Assembly: GCA_965197725.1 (NCBI GenBank)
Contig: CBDANQ010000058.1
Coordinates: 28,268 to 92,267 of the forward strand
DNA: 64,000 nt
Direction of reading: 5' to 3'
DNA from: Longimicrobiales bacterium
Lineage (GTDB): Bacteria > Gemmatimonadota > Gemmatimonadetes > Longimicrobiales > Gaopeijiaceae
Positions within the stretch are counted from its first letter, which is position 1. The number at the start of each line of letters is the position of its first letter. Positions 9,560 to 18,721 of this stretch are shown here, piece after piece. The position numbers and the translations under genes were made by a program. Under the pieces are notes generated by a model that saw nothing but the letters and a program-made list of their open reading frames with translations, did not search any database and was not told the DNA's origin.

Positions 9560-10467
9560 GAAAAGTCCTGAGCGTATCCGGGCAGGTTCGCGCACATCGC
9601 GCCGCTGACGTAGCAGGTGTAGCACGCTTGCTCCGACAACCGCGCTGGGGCGGCCGTCGCTTCCCGCAAAGTCTCACCCAGCCGACCGGACTCGTAGTCG
9701 AGCAAGATCGGGCAGACCCAAACACCACGAGCCGTGACGAGCCGAGCCCGTGCGCAAAGCAGGAGGTCTCGATCGTACCCAACCATCATCTCGGCCGTGA
9801 CGCGGTCGGTTTCGGCATAGCCTCCCGACCGCCCCTCCTCGGCGCCGATCCGCAAGGGCGGCAGGATCTTCAGCCGGGCGCGGGCGTAACCGATACCCGC
9901 GAGTAATTCTCGGAACGCATCAAGTACCTCCGGCGTCTCGAAGTCGTCCCATGTCTGCATCGCGGTCACGATCGGAAGAAAGCCGGCGGCGACCAGGCGC
10001 TCCATCCCTTCCATCGCCCTCGCGAACGCTCCCTCGCCGCGGAGCACGTCGTTCATCTCCGGGGTGGTGCCGTCGATGCTCACGCGTAACTCGAGCGTGT
10101 ACCGTGAAGCGCGCGCGATTCGGGCCAGCTCAGCCACCCTCCGTTGCGAAAGCAGAGTCGCATTGGTGAGGACCGTAGCGGGCCCGATGGCTAATGTGTC
10201 CTCCAGGATCCCCGGCATCTCCCGGTTCATGAAGGGCTCCCCACCGGTGAAGTAGTACTCCTTCACCCCCATGCTGGCCGAAGTGACGAGGTGCTCGCAA
10301 ACTTGCTCGCGATCGAGGAACCAGTGACTGTGGTTCTCGGGCGAGCAGGAGATGAAGCAGTGGGAGCACCTCAGATTGCACACCGTGCCCGCGACCTGGA
10401 ACCACAGCTGATCCAGCGCTGCGAGCGGCACGGCCGGGGCTTCCAGGATGGGAAGAGCTTTGCTCAT
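9556..10467 (-). CDS. radical SAM protein (with a Cys-rich C-terminal auxiliary-cluster-like region)
   Basis: ORF-track ORF 9556..10761 is over-extended. The start is the ATG at 10467 (MSKALPILEAP...). It has the CxxxCxxC motif CNLRCSHC, the SAM-binding YYFTGGEPF, and C-terminal cysteines (VWVCPILLD, ACYTCYVSGAMC). Confidence 0.85.
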   Translation of the reverse strand: MSKALPILEAPAVPLAALDQLWFQVAGTVCNLRCSHCFISCSPENHSHWFLDREQVCEHLVTSASMGVKEYYFTGGEPFMNREMPGILEDTLAIGPATVLTNATLLSQRRVAELARIARASRYTLELRVSIDGTTPEMNDVLRGEGAFARAMEGMERLVAAGFLPIVTAMQTWDDFETPEVLDAFRELLAGIGYARARLKILPPLRIGAEEGRSGGYAETDRVTAEMMVGYDRDLLLCARARLVTARGVWVCPILLDYESGRLGETLREATAAPARLSEQACYTCYVSGAMCANLPGYAQDFS

Positions 10468-10475
10468 GAACCAGC

Positions 10476-11453
10476 CTACTCGAAGCTGCCCGGCACCGCC
10501 TCGAACATCGTCTTCGCGACCTCCTCCGCCGACTTCATCTTCGACAGATCGAGTTCGAAGTCCGGACGCGCGGGCGCCTGCAGCTTGGCAACCAGCTCGC
10601 GGATCTCCCGGGCGGAAAGTCCCGCTTCCTTCAGATCGTCCACGCTGAAGGACGCCCCGGCGCGGGCGGAGATCCCGTCCCCTCCCCCGACGAGGAGTCG
10701 CGACAATACCTCGAGCTCCCCGCGGCTCATGGGTCGTCCCACAAGGTCGTAGTCTACCCACGCTTCGTACGACAGCGGCGCGACCCGCTTCACCATGCCC
10801 GCGATGATCTCAGCGAAGACCTGGATCTCCCACTGCGCGTGCGGGTCCGCACGCAGTGACAAGAAGTGCAGAAGGTTGTGCAGATTGATCTTCCAGTACC
10901 ACTGGGTATACGTCGAGAGCGGTAGGTCGATACGGGCGATCTCTCGCGCCACGTCCTCGCCAATCATCCAGGTGTAGCCGTCGCTCGCCGCTTCACGGAG
11001 GCCACGCCACCGCTCGATCGCCTCCGCGTACACCGCGTCCGGCGCGCCCGCGCCTCTGCCCTGCTGGCTCTGCGCGCTCTGGAGCGCGAACTGCTCCCGC
11101 TCGGGCATGTAGTAGAGCAGCGGCATGAGGCTATAGCGTCCGCTGTATTCGTTCACGGAGGCCGTCCGGTGCCGTATCCACTGCCGGGCTACGAACATCG
11201 GCATCGCGCAGTGGAACTTGAACTCCACCATCTCCGACGGCGTCGTGTGTCGATGACGGCGTAGATACCGAACCAGTCCGCGTGTGGCGGACACCTTCCG
11301 CGTACCGTATCCGTAGCTGACGCGTGCGGCCCTCTCGACGTCATCGTCCTTGCCCATGTAGTCGACGAGCGCGACGAACCCGTGATCGAGCGCGGGGAAA
11401 TAGCCGCCCAGAATCTCTTCCGCGGCCGGACTGGTTGGTCTTTTGGTCTCCAT
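10476..11453 (-). CDS. thyX: FAD-dependent thymidylate synthase ThyX (with a C-terminal extension of about 90 aa)
   Basis: The ThyX motif RHRxxS is present (WIRHRTASVNEYSGRYS), with a preceding RRHRHTTPSEMVEFKF. The start is the ATG at 11453 (METKRP) or the GTG at 11483. Confidence 0.9.
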   Translation of the reverse strand: METKRPTSPAAEEILGGYFPALDHGFVALVDYMGKDDDVERAARVSYGYGTRKVSATRGLVRYLRRHRHTTPSEMVEFKFHCAMPMFVARQWIRHRTASVNEYSGRYSLMPLLYYMPEREQFALQSAQSQQGRGAGAPDAVYAEAIERWRGLREAASDGYTWMIGEDVAREIARIDLPLSTYTQWYWKINLHNLLHFLSLRADPHAQWEIQVFAEIIAGMVKRVAPLSYEAWVDYDLVGRPMSRGELEVLSRLLVGGGDGISARAGASFSVDDLKEAGLSAREIRELVAKLQAPARPDFELDLSKMKSAEEVAKTMFEAVPGSFE

Positions 11454-11547
11454 GCCGCCGAATATAGTCGAGCGGTGGTTCACCGGTGAACCACAACGGG
11501 GTCAGATCCGTATTAGAATGCATTGCACACTCTGTAGGAGGTGAACC

Positions 11548-11754
11548 GTGGCTCAGTGCAGTGGAAGTACGAAAAAGGGAAACCGGTGCAAAAGGGATGC
11601 GCGAGGCGAGTCACCGTTCTGCGCCATCCATCAGGACCAGGAGATCCGTGCACGGGAGCCCTGCGAACGAGGTGAGTGGGACAACGACGCCATTATCAAG
11701 GCGGTGATCGGCTTCGCCATCATCGGACTGTTCTTCATGATGCGACGGCGATAG
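11548..11754 (+). CDS. small Cys-rich membrane-anchored protein (hypothetical)
   Basis: The GTG start is preceded by AGGAGGTG (11537-11544). The 68-aa product has a C-x9-C-x12-C-x2-H zinc-ribbon-like motif (CSGSTKKGNRCKRDARGESPFCAIH) and a C-terminal TM segment (AVIGFAIIGLFFMM). Confidence 0.5.
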   Translation: MAQCSGSTKKGNRCKRDARGESPFCAIHQDQEIRAREPCERGEWDNDAIIKAVIGFAIIGLFFMMRRR

Positions 11755-11763
11755 CGACACTCG

Positions 11764-13278
11764 TTGACCCTACCCCTCTTTGAGCGTGCCGCCGGGATTC
11801 GAGATAGGACGGCAATCGTAGCCCCTGAAGGGGTCTTTACGTTCGGGGAGCTACTCGACACTTCCGGCCGGGTGGCCACGCGGCTGCTCGCCGGGCGCAA
11901 CGACCTGGACGCCGAGCGCGTCTGTTTCCTCGTACCTCCGGGCTGGCACCACGTGTCGGTCCAGTGGGGCGTATGGAGGTCGGGCGGCTTCGCGGTGCCG
12001 CTGGCGACATCACATCCGGCGACAGAGCTCGCCCACGTGCTCGACGACGCTCGGCCCGAAACCGTCGTCGTACATCCCGACCTGATCGACCGGATCGCGG
12101 ACATCGCCGCCGAACGCCAGCTGCCGGTTCTTCAGACACCCGCGCTGCTCGCTGAAGGTCCCACCGGAGTGCTGCCGGACCTGGCCGAGCACCGGTCGGC
12201 CATCATGCTCTACACATCCGGCACCACGGGGCCGCCGAAGGGCGTCGTGATCACGCACGGCAACCTCCAGGCGCAGGTCTCTTCGCTGAGCGGTGCGTGG
12301 GGTTGGAGCGAGCGCGATCACATTCTGTTGCACCTCCCGCTGCACCACGTGCACGGGATCACGAACGTCCTTACGTCGGCGCTCTGGAACGGAGCCACCT
12401 GCGAGATCCTGCCACGCTTCAATGCGGTGGATGTGTGGGAACGCCTCTCCCGGAGCGACTGCACGCTCTATATGGCGGTGCCGACGGTATACCGGCGACT
12501 CATCGAAGCGTGGGAACGTGCTGACCCACCGACGAGAGACGCGTGGAGCGCTGGAGCATTGGCTTGCCGACTGATGGTGTCCGGCTCGGCCGCGCTTCCA
12601 GTCCGGACCCTCGAGCGCTGGCAGGAGATCACCGGGCAACGCTTGCTCGAGCGGTACGGCATGACCGAGATCGGCATGGCTCTCTCGAATCCGCTCGACG
12701 GAGAGAGGCGGGCGGGTCATGTGGGCCAGCCGCTACCCGGTGTCGACGTCCGCCTCGTGGATGAAGCCGGCAGCCGCCTGGTCGCGGGTGCCGCTGGGGA
12801 AATCCAGGTGCGAGGCCCGACGGTCTTCTCGGCCTACTGGCAGTGTGAGAACGAGACGCGCGCGGCGTTCGGCGACTCGGGCTGGTTCAGCACCGGCGAC
12901 CAGGCCGTGGTCGAGGACGGCGCATACCGCATCCTGGGGCGCTCGAGCGTGGACATCCTCAAGACGGGTGGGGAGAAGATCTCCGCGCTCGAGATCGAGG
13001 AGGTGTTGCGCTCCTACCCGGGCGTGGTAGACTGCGCGGTCGTCGGCGTCCCAGACGCCGACTGGGGCGATCGCGTCTGTGCGGCGGTCGTTTACGATGC
13101 GGCACATCCACTCGAAGCGGACGCCCTGCGAGAGTTCGCTCGGGACCGGCTGGCGCCCTATAAGGTGCCCAAGGAGGTCCTCCTCGTGGACGACCTGCCG
13201 AGGAACGCGATGGGAAAGGTCAGCAAACTCTCGGTGTGCGAGCTCTTCGAAGTGCCCGACGCCCTGGAGAGCGAATGA
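11764..13278 (+). CDS. AMP-dependent acyl-CoA synthetase/ligase (MatB-like)
   Basis: 504 aa with the AMP-binding motif MLYTSGTTGPPKGV, then LPLHHVHGI, and C-terminal YKVPKEV and GKVSK. Confidence 0.85.
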   Translation: MTLPLFERAAGIRDRTAIVAPEGVFTFGELLDTSGRVATRLLAGRNDLDAERVCFLVPPGWHHVSVQWGVWRSGGFAVPLATSHPATELAHVLDDARPETVVVHPDLIDRIADIAAERQLPVLQTPALLAEGPTGVLPDLAEHRSAIMLYTSGTTGPPKGVVITHGNLQAQVSSLSGAWGWSERDHILLHLPLHHVHGITNVLTSALWNGATCEILPRFNAVDVWERLSRSDCTLYMAVPTVYRRLIEAWERADPPTRDAWSAGALACRLMVSGSAALPVRTLERWQEITGQRLLERYGMTEIGMALSNPLDGERRAGHVGQPLPGVDVRLVDEAGSRLVAGAAGEIQVRGPTVFSAYWQCENETRAAFGDSGWFSTGDQAVVEDGAYRILGRSSVDILKTGGEKISALEIEEVLRSYPGVVDCAVVGVPDADWGDRVCAAVVYDAAHPLEADALREFARDRLAPYKVPKEVLLVDDLPRNAMGKVSKLSVCELFEVPDALESE

Positions 13279-14765
13279 TCGATGCCGTGCTGGGCAACCT
13301 GCGTGAGTACTGGATGGTGCACACGCTCCTGGCGCTCTACACCGTCATACTCGCGCACCACGCCTGGAGCGGGAACAAGAAGACCAAAGACCTTACCGAC
13401 TACTACGTCGGGGGCCGCAGCATGGGCGGCTGGGTCATCGGTCTCTCGTTCTTCGCGACCTACGCGAGCACGAATTCGTTCGTGGGCTTCAGCGGCCGTA
13501 CATACGACTGGGGGCTGCCCTGGCTGTTGTTCATCCCCACGTCGGTCGCCTTTTGCCTCTTCGCGTGGATTGTCGTGGCTCCACGGTTGCGCAGCTTCAC
13601 CGCGGAGATGGAAGCGCTGACGATCCCCGACTTCATCGGCTTTCGTTTCACCAGCACGCCGGCCCGGGTGTTCGCCGCGCTCATCGTCATCGCGGCCTCG
13701 CTCTTCTACATGACCGCAGTGTTCAAGGGCATCGGAAACCTGCTGGAGGTCTTCCTCGATATCCCGTACAAGCTCTCGATCGTCATAGTGTTCTTCATCG
13801 TCATGACCTACACGATGATCGGCGGCTTCATCTCCGTCGTTAAGACCGACGCGGTCCAGGGCGTCGTCATGATCATCGCTGCGCTGCTGCTCTTCTTCGG
13901 GACGGTGAACGCGGCGGGTGGCCTGGGTGCGATCTCTGAGGTTAGGGCGCAGCCAGGCGGCGAGGCGCTCTTCACGTGGGGAGGCGGGGTCGCGATCCCG
14001 GTCCTGATCGGCACCATGGTCGCGAATCTCGTGAAGTTCGCGGTCGAGCCGCGTCAGCTGTCGCGCTTCTTCGCGCTGGAGGGCGACAAGGCGATCCGAA
14101 CAGGTATGTGGGTGTCGTCTCTGACCTTCGCTGCGGTCTTTTCACTGCTGATCCCGGTTGGAATGTACGCTCGGCGGATCTTCCCCGACGGCATTGCGGA
14201 CACCGACCTCGTGATCCCCAACCTGCTCGGCGATGTCTTCGGGCTGGGCACGAGCTCATTTCTGCTGGTCGCAATGGTCGCCGCCGCGATGTCGTCACTC
14301 GACAGCGTCCTGCTCGTGATGGCATCGACCACCGAGCGCGACCTTGTAAGCATCGCCCGGCCCGGCCGCGGCGAAGAACAGGAGATGTTCTGGACGCGCG
14401 GCTGGGTGGCGCTCTTCGCGTTCATCACCATGCTGATCTCACTGAACCCGTTGGGCGGTATCGTGGAGTTGACAGCATTCAGCGGGGCGCTCTACGGTGC
14501 ATGCTTCTTCCCCTCATTGGTGCTGGGACTGCACTGGAAACGCGGGAACGGCGCCGCCGTGATCGCTTCCTTCGTGACCGGGATTCTCGTGCTCCTGGCC
14601 TGGAATCTCGTGCCGGGTTCCGAGATCGTGCACGAGATCTTCCCTGCGATGGGGCTGTCCACGGGAGTCTATATCGGACTCGCGATGGCAACGGAAGACG
14701 CGGCGACCGAGGCAGTGGTAACGTTGATCGAGGGAGGCAGAAGGATCTCCGAGACGACATCGTAG
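13275..14765 (+). CDS. sodium:solute symporter family transporter
   Basis: The start ATG at 13275 overlaps the synthetase stop (ATGA). The N-terminus is SSS-type (DYYVGGRSMGGWVIGLSFFATYASTNSFVGFSG) and there are about 13 TM segments. Confidence 0.85.
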   Translation: MIDAVLGNLREYWMVHTLLALYTVILAHHAWSGNKKTKDLTDYYVGGRSMGGWVIGLSFFATYASTNSFVGFSGRTYDWGLPWLLFIPTSVAFCLFAWIVVAPRLRSFTAEMEALTIPDFIGFRFTSTPARVFAALIVIAASLFYMTAVFKGIGNLLEVFLDIPYKLSIVIVFFIVMTYTMIGGFISVVKTDAVQGVVMIIAALLLFFGTVNAAGGLGAISEVRAQPGGEALFTWGGGVAIPVLIGTMVANLVKFAVEPRQLSRFFALEGDKAIRTGMWVSSLTFAAVFSLLIPVGMYARRIFPDGIADTDLVIPNLLGDVFGLGTSSFLLVAMVAAAMSSLDSVLLVMASTTERDLVSIARPGRGEEQEMFWTRGWVALFAFITMLISLNPLGGIVELTAFSGALYGACFFPSLVLGLHWKRGNGAAVIASFVTGILVLLAWNLVPGSEIVHEIFPAMGLSTGVYIGLAMATEDAATEAVVTLIEGGRRISETTS

Positions 14766-14882
14766 TAGCAGTCAACACTACCCGCTCCCTAACCCTACGG
14801 ACTGACCCTGAGCACGCTCACCCTTGCAGAACATCAAGCCGATATCCTCGGCTCCCTTCGGCGCCTCAAAGGCCGAGGCACC

Positions 14883-16388
14883 GTGGGGGATGTGGTGGCG
14901 GACTGCGGCCTGGCTGGCGACGACGTCCGCTCGGGACTCAAGGTGCTGCTGGAGTCTCACCAGGGGCACCTAGCGGTCTCCGACTCCGGCGAACTGCTCT
15001 ACGAGTTCGACGAGAAGCTGATCGTTCGCGGAACGGAGCCGGTGCTCGCCCGCTTGAAGCGCACCGCGACCGATCTGTTCACGAAGGGCTTCAAGGCGAC
15101 AATAGTCATCGTGCTGGTCGTCTACTTCCTCGTCTTCGTGGCGCTGGTGATCGCCGCGCTCTTGGCGAACAGGAACAGCAACTCCCGGGGGGGCGGAGTC
15201 CTGGGCGGACGGAGAGGCAGGGGTCACAGCCACTTCTCCTTTGGCAACTTTTGGCTCTGGTACTACATCTGGACGCCGCGCTGGAGGCTTGGCCGACCAT
15301 ACTACGGCCACCGCTGGGAGGGCACGCTCGCCAAGGAAGACCGACCGCCCTTCTACAAGAAGGTCTTTGCTTTCGTGTTCGGGCCGGATAAGCCGAACCC
15401 GACTCAGAGCCAGTTGGATCGCAGCACGATCCATCTGATCCGGGCTCGCAAAGGAGTCATCACGACGGCTGAGCTCGTGGAGCACACCGCGCTCACGTTC
15501 CCGGAGGCCGAGGATGAGATGGGACGGCTCCTGGGCGCCTACGACGGCGAGGCGGCAGTCTCACCGGACGGCGAGCTCGTATACGCCTTCCCTGGACTCA
15601 TGCTCAGCGCACACGAGACGAAGGCGCGCGAGCCGAATCCCGCGTGGTTGAGGCTCGAGCACAAGCAGGAGCTGACCGGTAATACCGCCGGCTCAAACGC
15701 GGTCGTCGCGGGCATGAACGGCTTCACGCTGGTGGCAGCCGCAACCGCACCCTGGTTCATCTTCCCTCGGCTCGGCATCGGTGGTCCAGCCGCGTTCGTC
15801 GGGCTGGTCCTTATACCTCTCGTATTCAGCGTCGTCTTCTACGGAGTCCCCTTCTTGCGGATGTGGGGAGTTACGCGGGAAAACAAACGGCGGGACACGC
15901 AGAACATAAGGCGGGTGCTGCTAGGTCTGGTCTACAGCCGATCTTTGGATGGGGAGCGGGACGTCGGCACGGCAGAAGCCTACGAGCACGTGGTCAGCCG
16001 CCTGAAGTCACAGGTCGTCAGGCGGGCGGACGTCGATGCGGCGCTTCAGACGTTGGCGGCCGAGCTCGACGCGGAAGTGGCGGTCGATGACGCCGGAGAT
16101 ACGAGGTACCGCTTCGGGGCCCTTCGCCAGCAGTTCACCGCCAGTGAGACCGTGCGGAGGAAGTTGAAGCTCGAAAACCGGACGCTGGGGGAGATCGTCT
16201 TCTCTACCAGCGACTCGGCCATCGAAGCCGGGGAACGTGAACTCGCTCTTTTCGATCGCGGGCTCAAGGACGGTGAGGCCGATTTCGACCGGTACCTCCC
16301 TGCGCTCGACAAGATCGGATTCGAGGACGACTACGAGCTCGTTGCGTTCGATGAAGAGTTGAAGCAACGGGGTCTCATCAAGGCGTAG
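14883..16388 (+). CDS. hypothetical membrane protein with three repeated soluble modules
   Basis: 501-aa ORF with TM segments (ATIVIVLVVYFLVFVALVIAALLA; FVGLVLIPLVFSVVFYGVPF). Three modules end in GELLYEF, GELVYAF and GDTRYRF. The true start is probably upstream of the first canonical start codon (see findings). Confidence 0.6.
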   Translation: MGDVVADCGLAGDDVRSGLKVLLESHQGHLAVSDSGELLYEFDEKLIVRGTEPVLARLKRTATDLFTKGFKATIVIVLVVYFLVFVALVIAALLANRNSNSRGGGVLGGRRGRGHSHFSFGNFWLWYYIWTPRWRLGRPYYGHRWEGTLAKEDRPPFYKKVFAFVFGPDKPNPTQSQLDRSTIHLIRARKGVITTAELVEHTALTFPEAEDEMGRLLGAYDGEAAVSPDGELVYAFPGLMLSAHETKAREPNPAWLRLEHKQELTGNTAGSNAVVAGMNGFTLVAAATAPWFIFPRLGIGGPAAFVGLVLIPLVFSVVFYGVPFLRMWGVTRENKRRDTQNIRRVLLGLVYSRSLDGERDVGTAEAYEHVVSRLKSQVVRRADVDAALQTLAAELDAEVAVDDAGDTRYRFGALRQQFTASETVRRKLKLENRTLGEIVFSTSDSAIEAGERELALFDRGLKDGEADFDRYLPALDKIGFEDDYELVAFDEELKQRGLIKA

Positions 16389-16473
16389 CAGCCCGTGGTG
16401 CCCACAGCTTGTGGTTATTCCCCTTCTCGATGCGTCGTATGATGAAACGGTGGCTGGCTTCAGAGGTGAGGAG

Positions 16474-16863
16474 ATGATGATGATGAAGAGGACATTGACG
16501 TCGCTCGCGGCGCTAGTGGTGATCACGGCCTGCGCGACACCCGGACGGGTGGTTGAGCATCAAGAACCCTTCACGAGGGAGCCTGTCGGTGAGGAACGCA
16601 TCCGGGTTCAGGTGCATAACGACAACTTCATGGACGCGCGCCTCTATGCACTCGGACCGGGCACGCGCCACTATCTCGGCGTCGTCGGCGGCAAGCAGCA
16701 AGTGGTGGTGGACATCCCGTGGGATATCAGCCAGCCTCTGCGCATCGAGATCGACATGCTTGCCGGTCGCAAGTGCATCACGCGTATCATCCAGACCGAC
16801 CCCGGCGACCTGCTCGAACTTAGGATCGAACCGGTGTTCTCGAGCAGCAGCCTCTGCTCGTAG
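16474..16863 (+). CDS. lipoprotein (hypothetical)
   Basis: A run of four ATG codons follows GAGGTGAGGAG. The signal peptide has a lipobox (MMMMKRTLTSLAALVVITAC). Confidence 0.6.
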   Translation: MMMMKRTLTSLAALVVITACATPGRVVEHQEPFTREPVGEERIRVQVHNDNFMDARLYALGPGTRHYLGVVGGKQQVVVDIPWDISQPLRIEIDMLAGRKCITRIIQTDPGDLLELRIEPVFSSSSLCS

Positions 16864-16893
16864 CGACCTGGGGGCGTTGCGCGCCGGTCGCTA
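16861..16893. terminator. candidate bidirectional hairpin between convergent genes
   Basis: An inverted repeat, TAGCGACC (16861-16868) and GGTCGCTA (16886-16893), has a 17-nt loop. The T-rich stretch CTTTATTTAT follows about 20 nt later. There is no canonical U-tract adjacent to the stem. Confidence 0.25.
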
Positions 16894-16935
16894 GAAAGCT
16901 GAGAGGCGGCCCGCTTTATTTATGCAACAGCCTTC

Positions 16936-18177
16936 TTAGTCGTAGAGCAGGTGGGCTGCGACGCTGTCGCGGAAGTCGGCGAGTTCCCGATCGATACCGT
17001 GCAGGATTTCGTCGACGGTAGCGCCCGAGTCCACACCTGTACGCAATCCGTCGTGCCCCCAGAGAATGTCGATGGGAGCGAGCTTCTCTTCGTACTCGTA
17101 CGGTGGGGCCCGCCACGCGAACCCGTCCGGCGTCAGCTCCTTCGCGGCGCTGAGGAGCGCTACCGCCGTGCGTACCGGCTCGAACGTTTGGGCATCCGTG
17201 ACATGGAGTTGCGCGCCTCCGCACATGGTGCGCGCGTGTTTTTGGAAGGACGGTTCGAAGTGGCAGGGTCGAAACCGTACCCCGGGTAGCTGGTGCCCCT
17301 TGAGCCGTTCTACGAGAGCGCGGGCGTCGAGACGCGGCGCGCCTACGAGCTCGAACGGTCGTGTCGTGCCTCTCCCCTCCGAGAGGTTGGTGCCCTCGAC
17401 CAGGACCATGCCCGGATAGACGTCACAGGAGTCGACCGTCGGCAGATTGGGGCTGGGCATCACCCAGGGTAGTCCCGTGTCGTGCCACCTCATCCACCGG
17501 CGAAGCCCTGCGCAGGCCACGACCTCGAGCTCGCACCCGATTCCGCGCACATCGTTGAGCCAGAGCGCCAACTCTCCACACGTGAGGCCGTGCCGGAGCG
17601 GTACGGGATGCAGGCCTACGAAGGACTCGAAGCCCGGGCGGAGCACGGGACCCTCGCGGCGATCGCAGGCGATGGGGTTGGGGCGGTCCAGCACCACGAA
17701 GCGCACACCGGCCTCGGCGCACGCCTGCATTGCAAGCGCCATCGTCCACACGAAGGTGTACACCCGGACCCCTACGTCCTGTAGATCGAAGAGGACCGCG
17801 TCGAGCCCGTCTAGCATCTCGGGGGTGGGCCTTCGGACCTCGCCGTACAACGAGTGCACGGGCAGGCCGGTCACCGGGTCGGTGTAGTGCTCCGACTCGA
17901 TCATGTTGTCCTGCTTTTCTCCGCGCGCCCCGTGTTGCGGCCCGAAAAGCGCACGCACGTCGAAGTCCGCGGCCAGCAGCGCGTCCGCGGAGAAGGTCAG
18001 ATCCGACGCCACGGACGCCGGGTGCGCGATCAGGCCGCACGGGATTCCGCGTAGGTGGTCGGCCCCGCCCGCGAGGACCCGGTCGATGCCCGTACGGACG
18101 CGGACCCGGCTCAAGAGCCTAGTGTCCTGTCCCACCGGAATGCTCGGTGAGCGAGTCGACGTACACCGGAACGGCAC
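16936..18177 (-). CDS. DUF1343 family protein (exo-beta-N-acetylmuramidase NamZ-like)
   Basis: Conserved DUF1343 blocks are present: GLIAHPASV, ALFGPQHGARG, PVHSLYGE, VLFDLQDVGVRVYTFVWTM, VVLDRPNP. A detached signal peptide ORF lies upstream in another frame (see findings). Confidence 0.8.
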   Translation of the reverse strand: MPFRCTSTRSPSIPVGQDTRLLSRVRVRTGIDRVLAGGADHLRGIPCGLIAHPASVASDLTFSADALLAADFDVRALFGPQHGARGEKQDNMIESEHYTDPVTGLPVHSLYGEVRRPTPEMLDGLDAVLFDLQDVGVRVYTFVWTMALAMQACAEAGVRFVVLDRPNPIACDRREGPVLRPGFESFVGLHPVPLRHGLTCGELALWLNDVRGIGCELEVVACAGLRRWMRWHDTGLPWVMPSPNLPTVDSCDVYPGMVLVEGTNLSEGRGTTRPFELVGAPRLDARALVERLKGHQLPGVRFRPCHFEPSFQKHARTMCGGAQLHVTDAQTFEPVRTAVALLSAAKELTPDGFAWRAPPYEYEEKLAPIDILWGHDGLRTGVDSGATVDEILHGIDRELADFRDSVAAHLLYD

Positions 18178-18418
18178 CCCCCAGCGCGTCGCGCGATTAG
18201 CCCGACACCGCTGCCGAGAAGGCGAGCGTCGAGAGAACTACCAGGAGCACGGCGAGCCGCCGCACGTTCTCGAGCTTCATAGCTGTGGAATCATCAGAGA
18301 GGTTGAAGCGGAGCCCGAGAATGGGCACCGGGGCTGAGCCCCGCTACCCCGGTCGTCATTCGGGTCCGGACGTCGCGACTGGATCAACTCAGACCGGAGT
18401 GGGTTCCCTTGTCGGGGC

Positions 18419-18721
18419 CTACATCCGAAACCGTTCTTGAATCACGCAAATCGATGCCAACAGCAGGAGAAGCGAATCCATCGAACCGTCCTTGCCCGGC
18501 CCCAAATCTGGAAGCGAATCGAGTAGACGCACTACCGCGGTCCGATCCAGAAACGGCACAGCTGAAGTCCCAGCGCCGCGCAGCGTGTCCTGGACGAGTT
18601 CATTGAGCGGGCTGCCCTTAAGCGCCCCGGTAGGAGGCGGTGGATACGTATGATGACGTAGCGAGAGTCCCAAGATGACGTCCACCCGGGCGAGCGAGCG
18701 GAGCCCCTGGCATGCGATCAA
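18419..18721 (-). other. 100-aa ORF in a lower-GC patch; possibly the tail remnant of an asparagine-synthase-like gene
   Basis: The pattern LKGSPLNELVQDTLRGAGTSAVPFLDRTAVVRLLDS...SLLLLLASICVIQERF loosely resembles AsnB C-termini. There is no N-terminal domain. This is a weak call. Confidence 0.2.

Noticed and set aside
9556-10761. N-terminal over-extensions in the ORF track (1892..3295, 9556..10761, 18718..19326, 24843..25568, 47899..49248, 51114..52313, 62160..63362, 8705..9625).
   Set aside because: In each case the extension overlaps the upstream gene and is compositionally aberrant. An internal ATG or GTG gives a protein starting at the expected family N-terminus or signal peptide, often with a 1-4 nt stop/start overlap.
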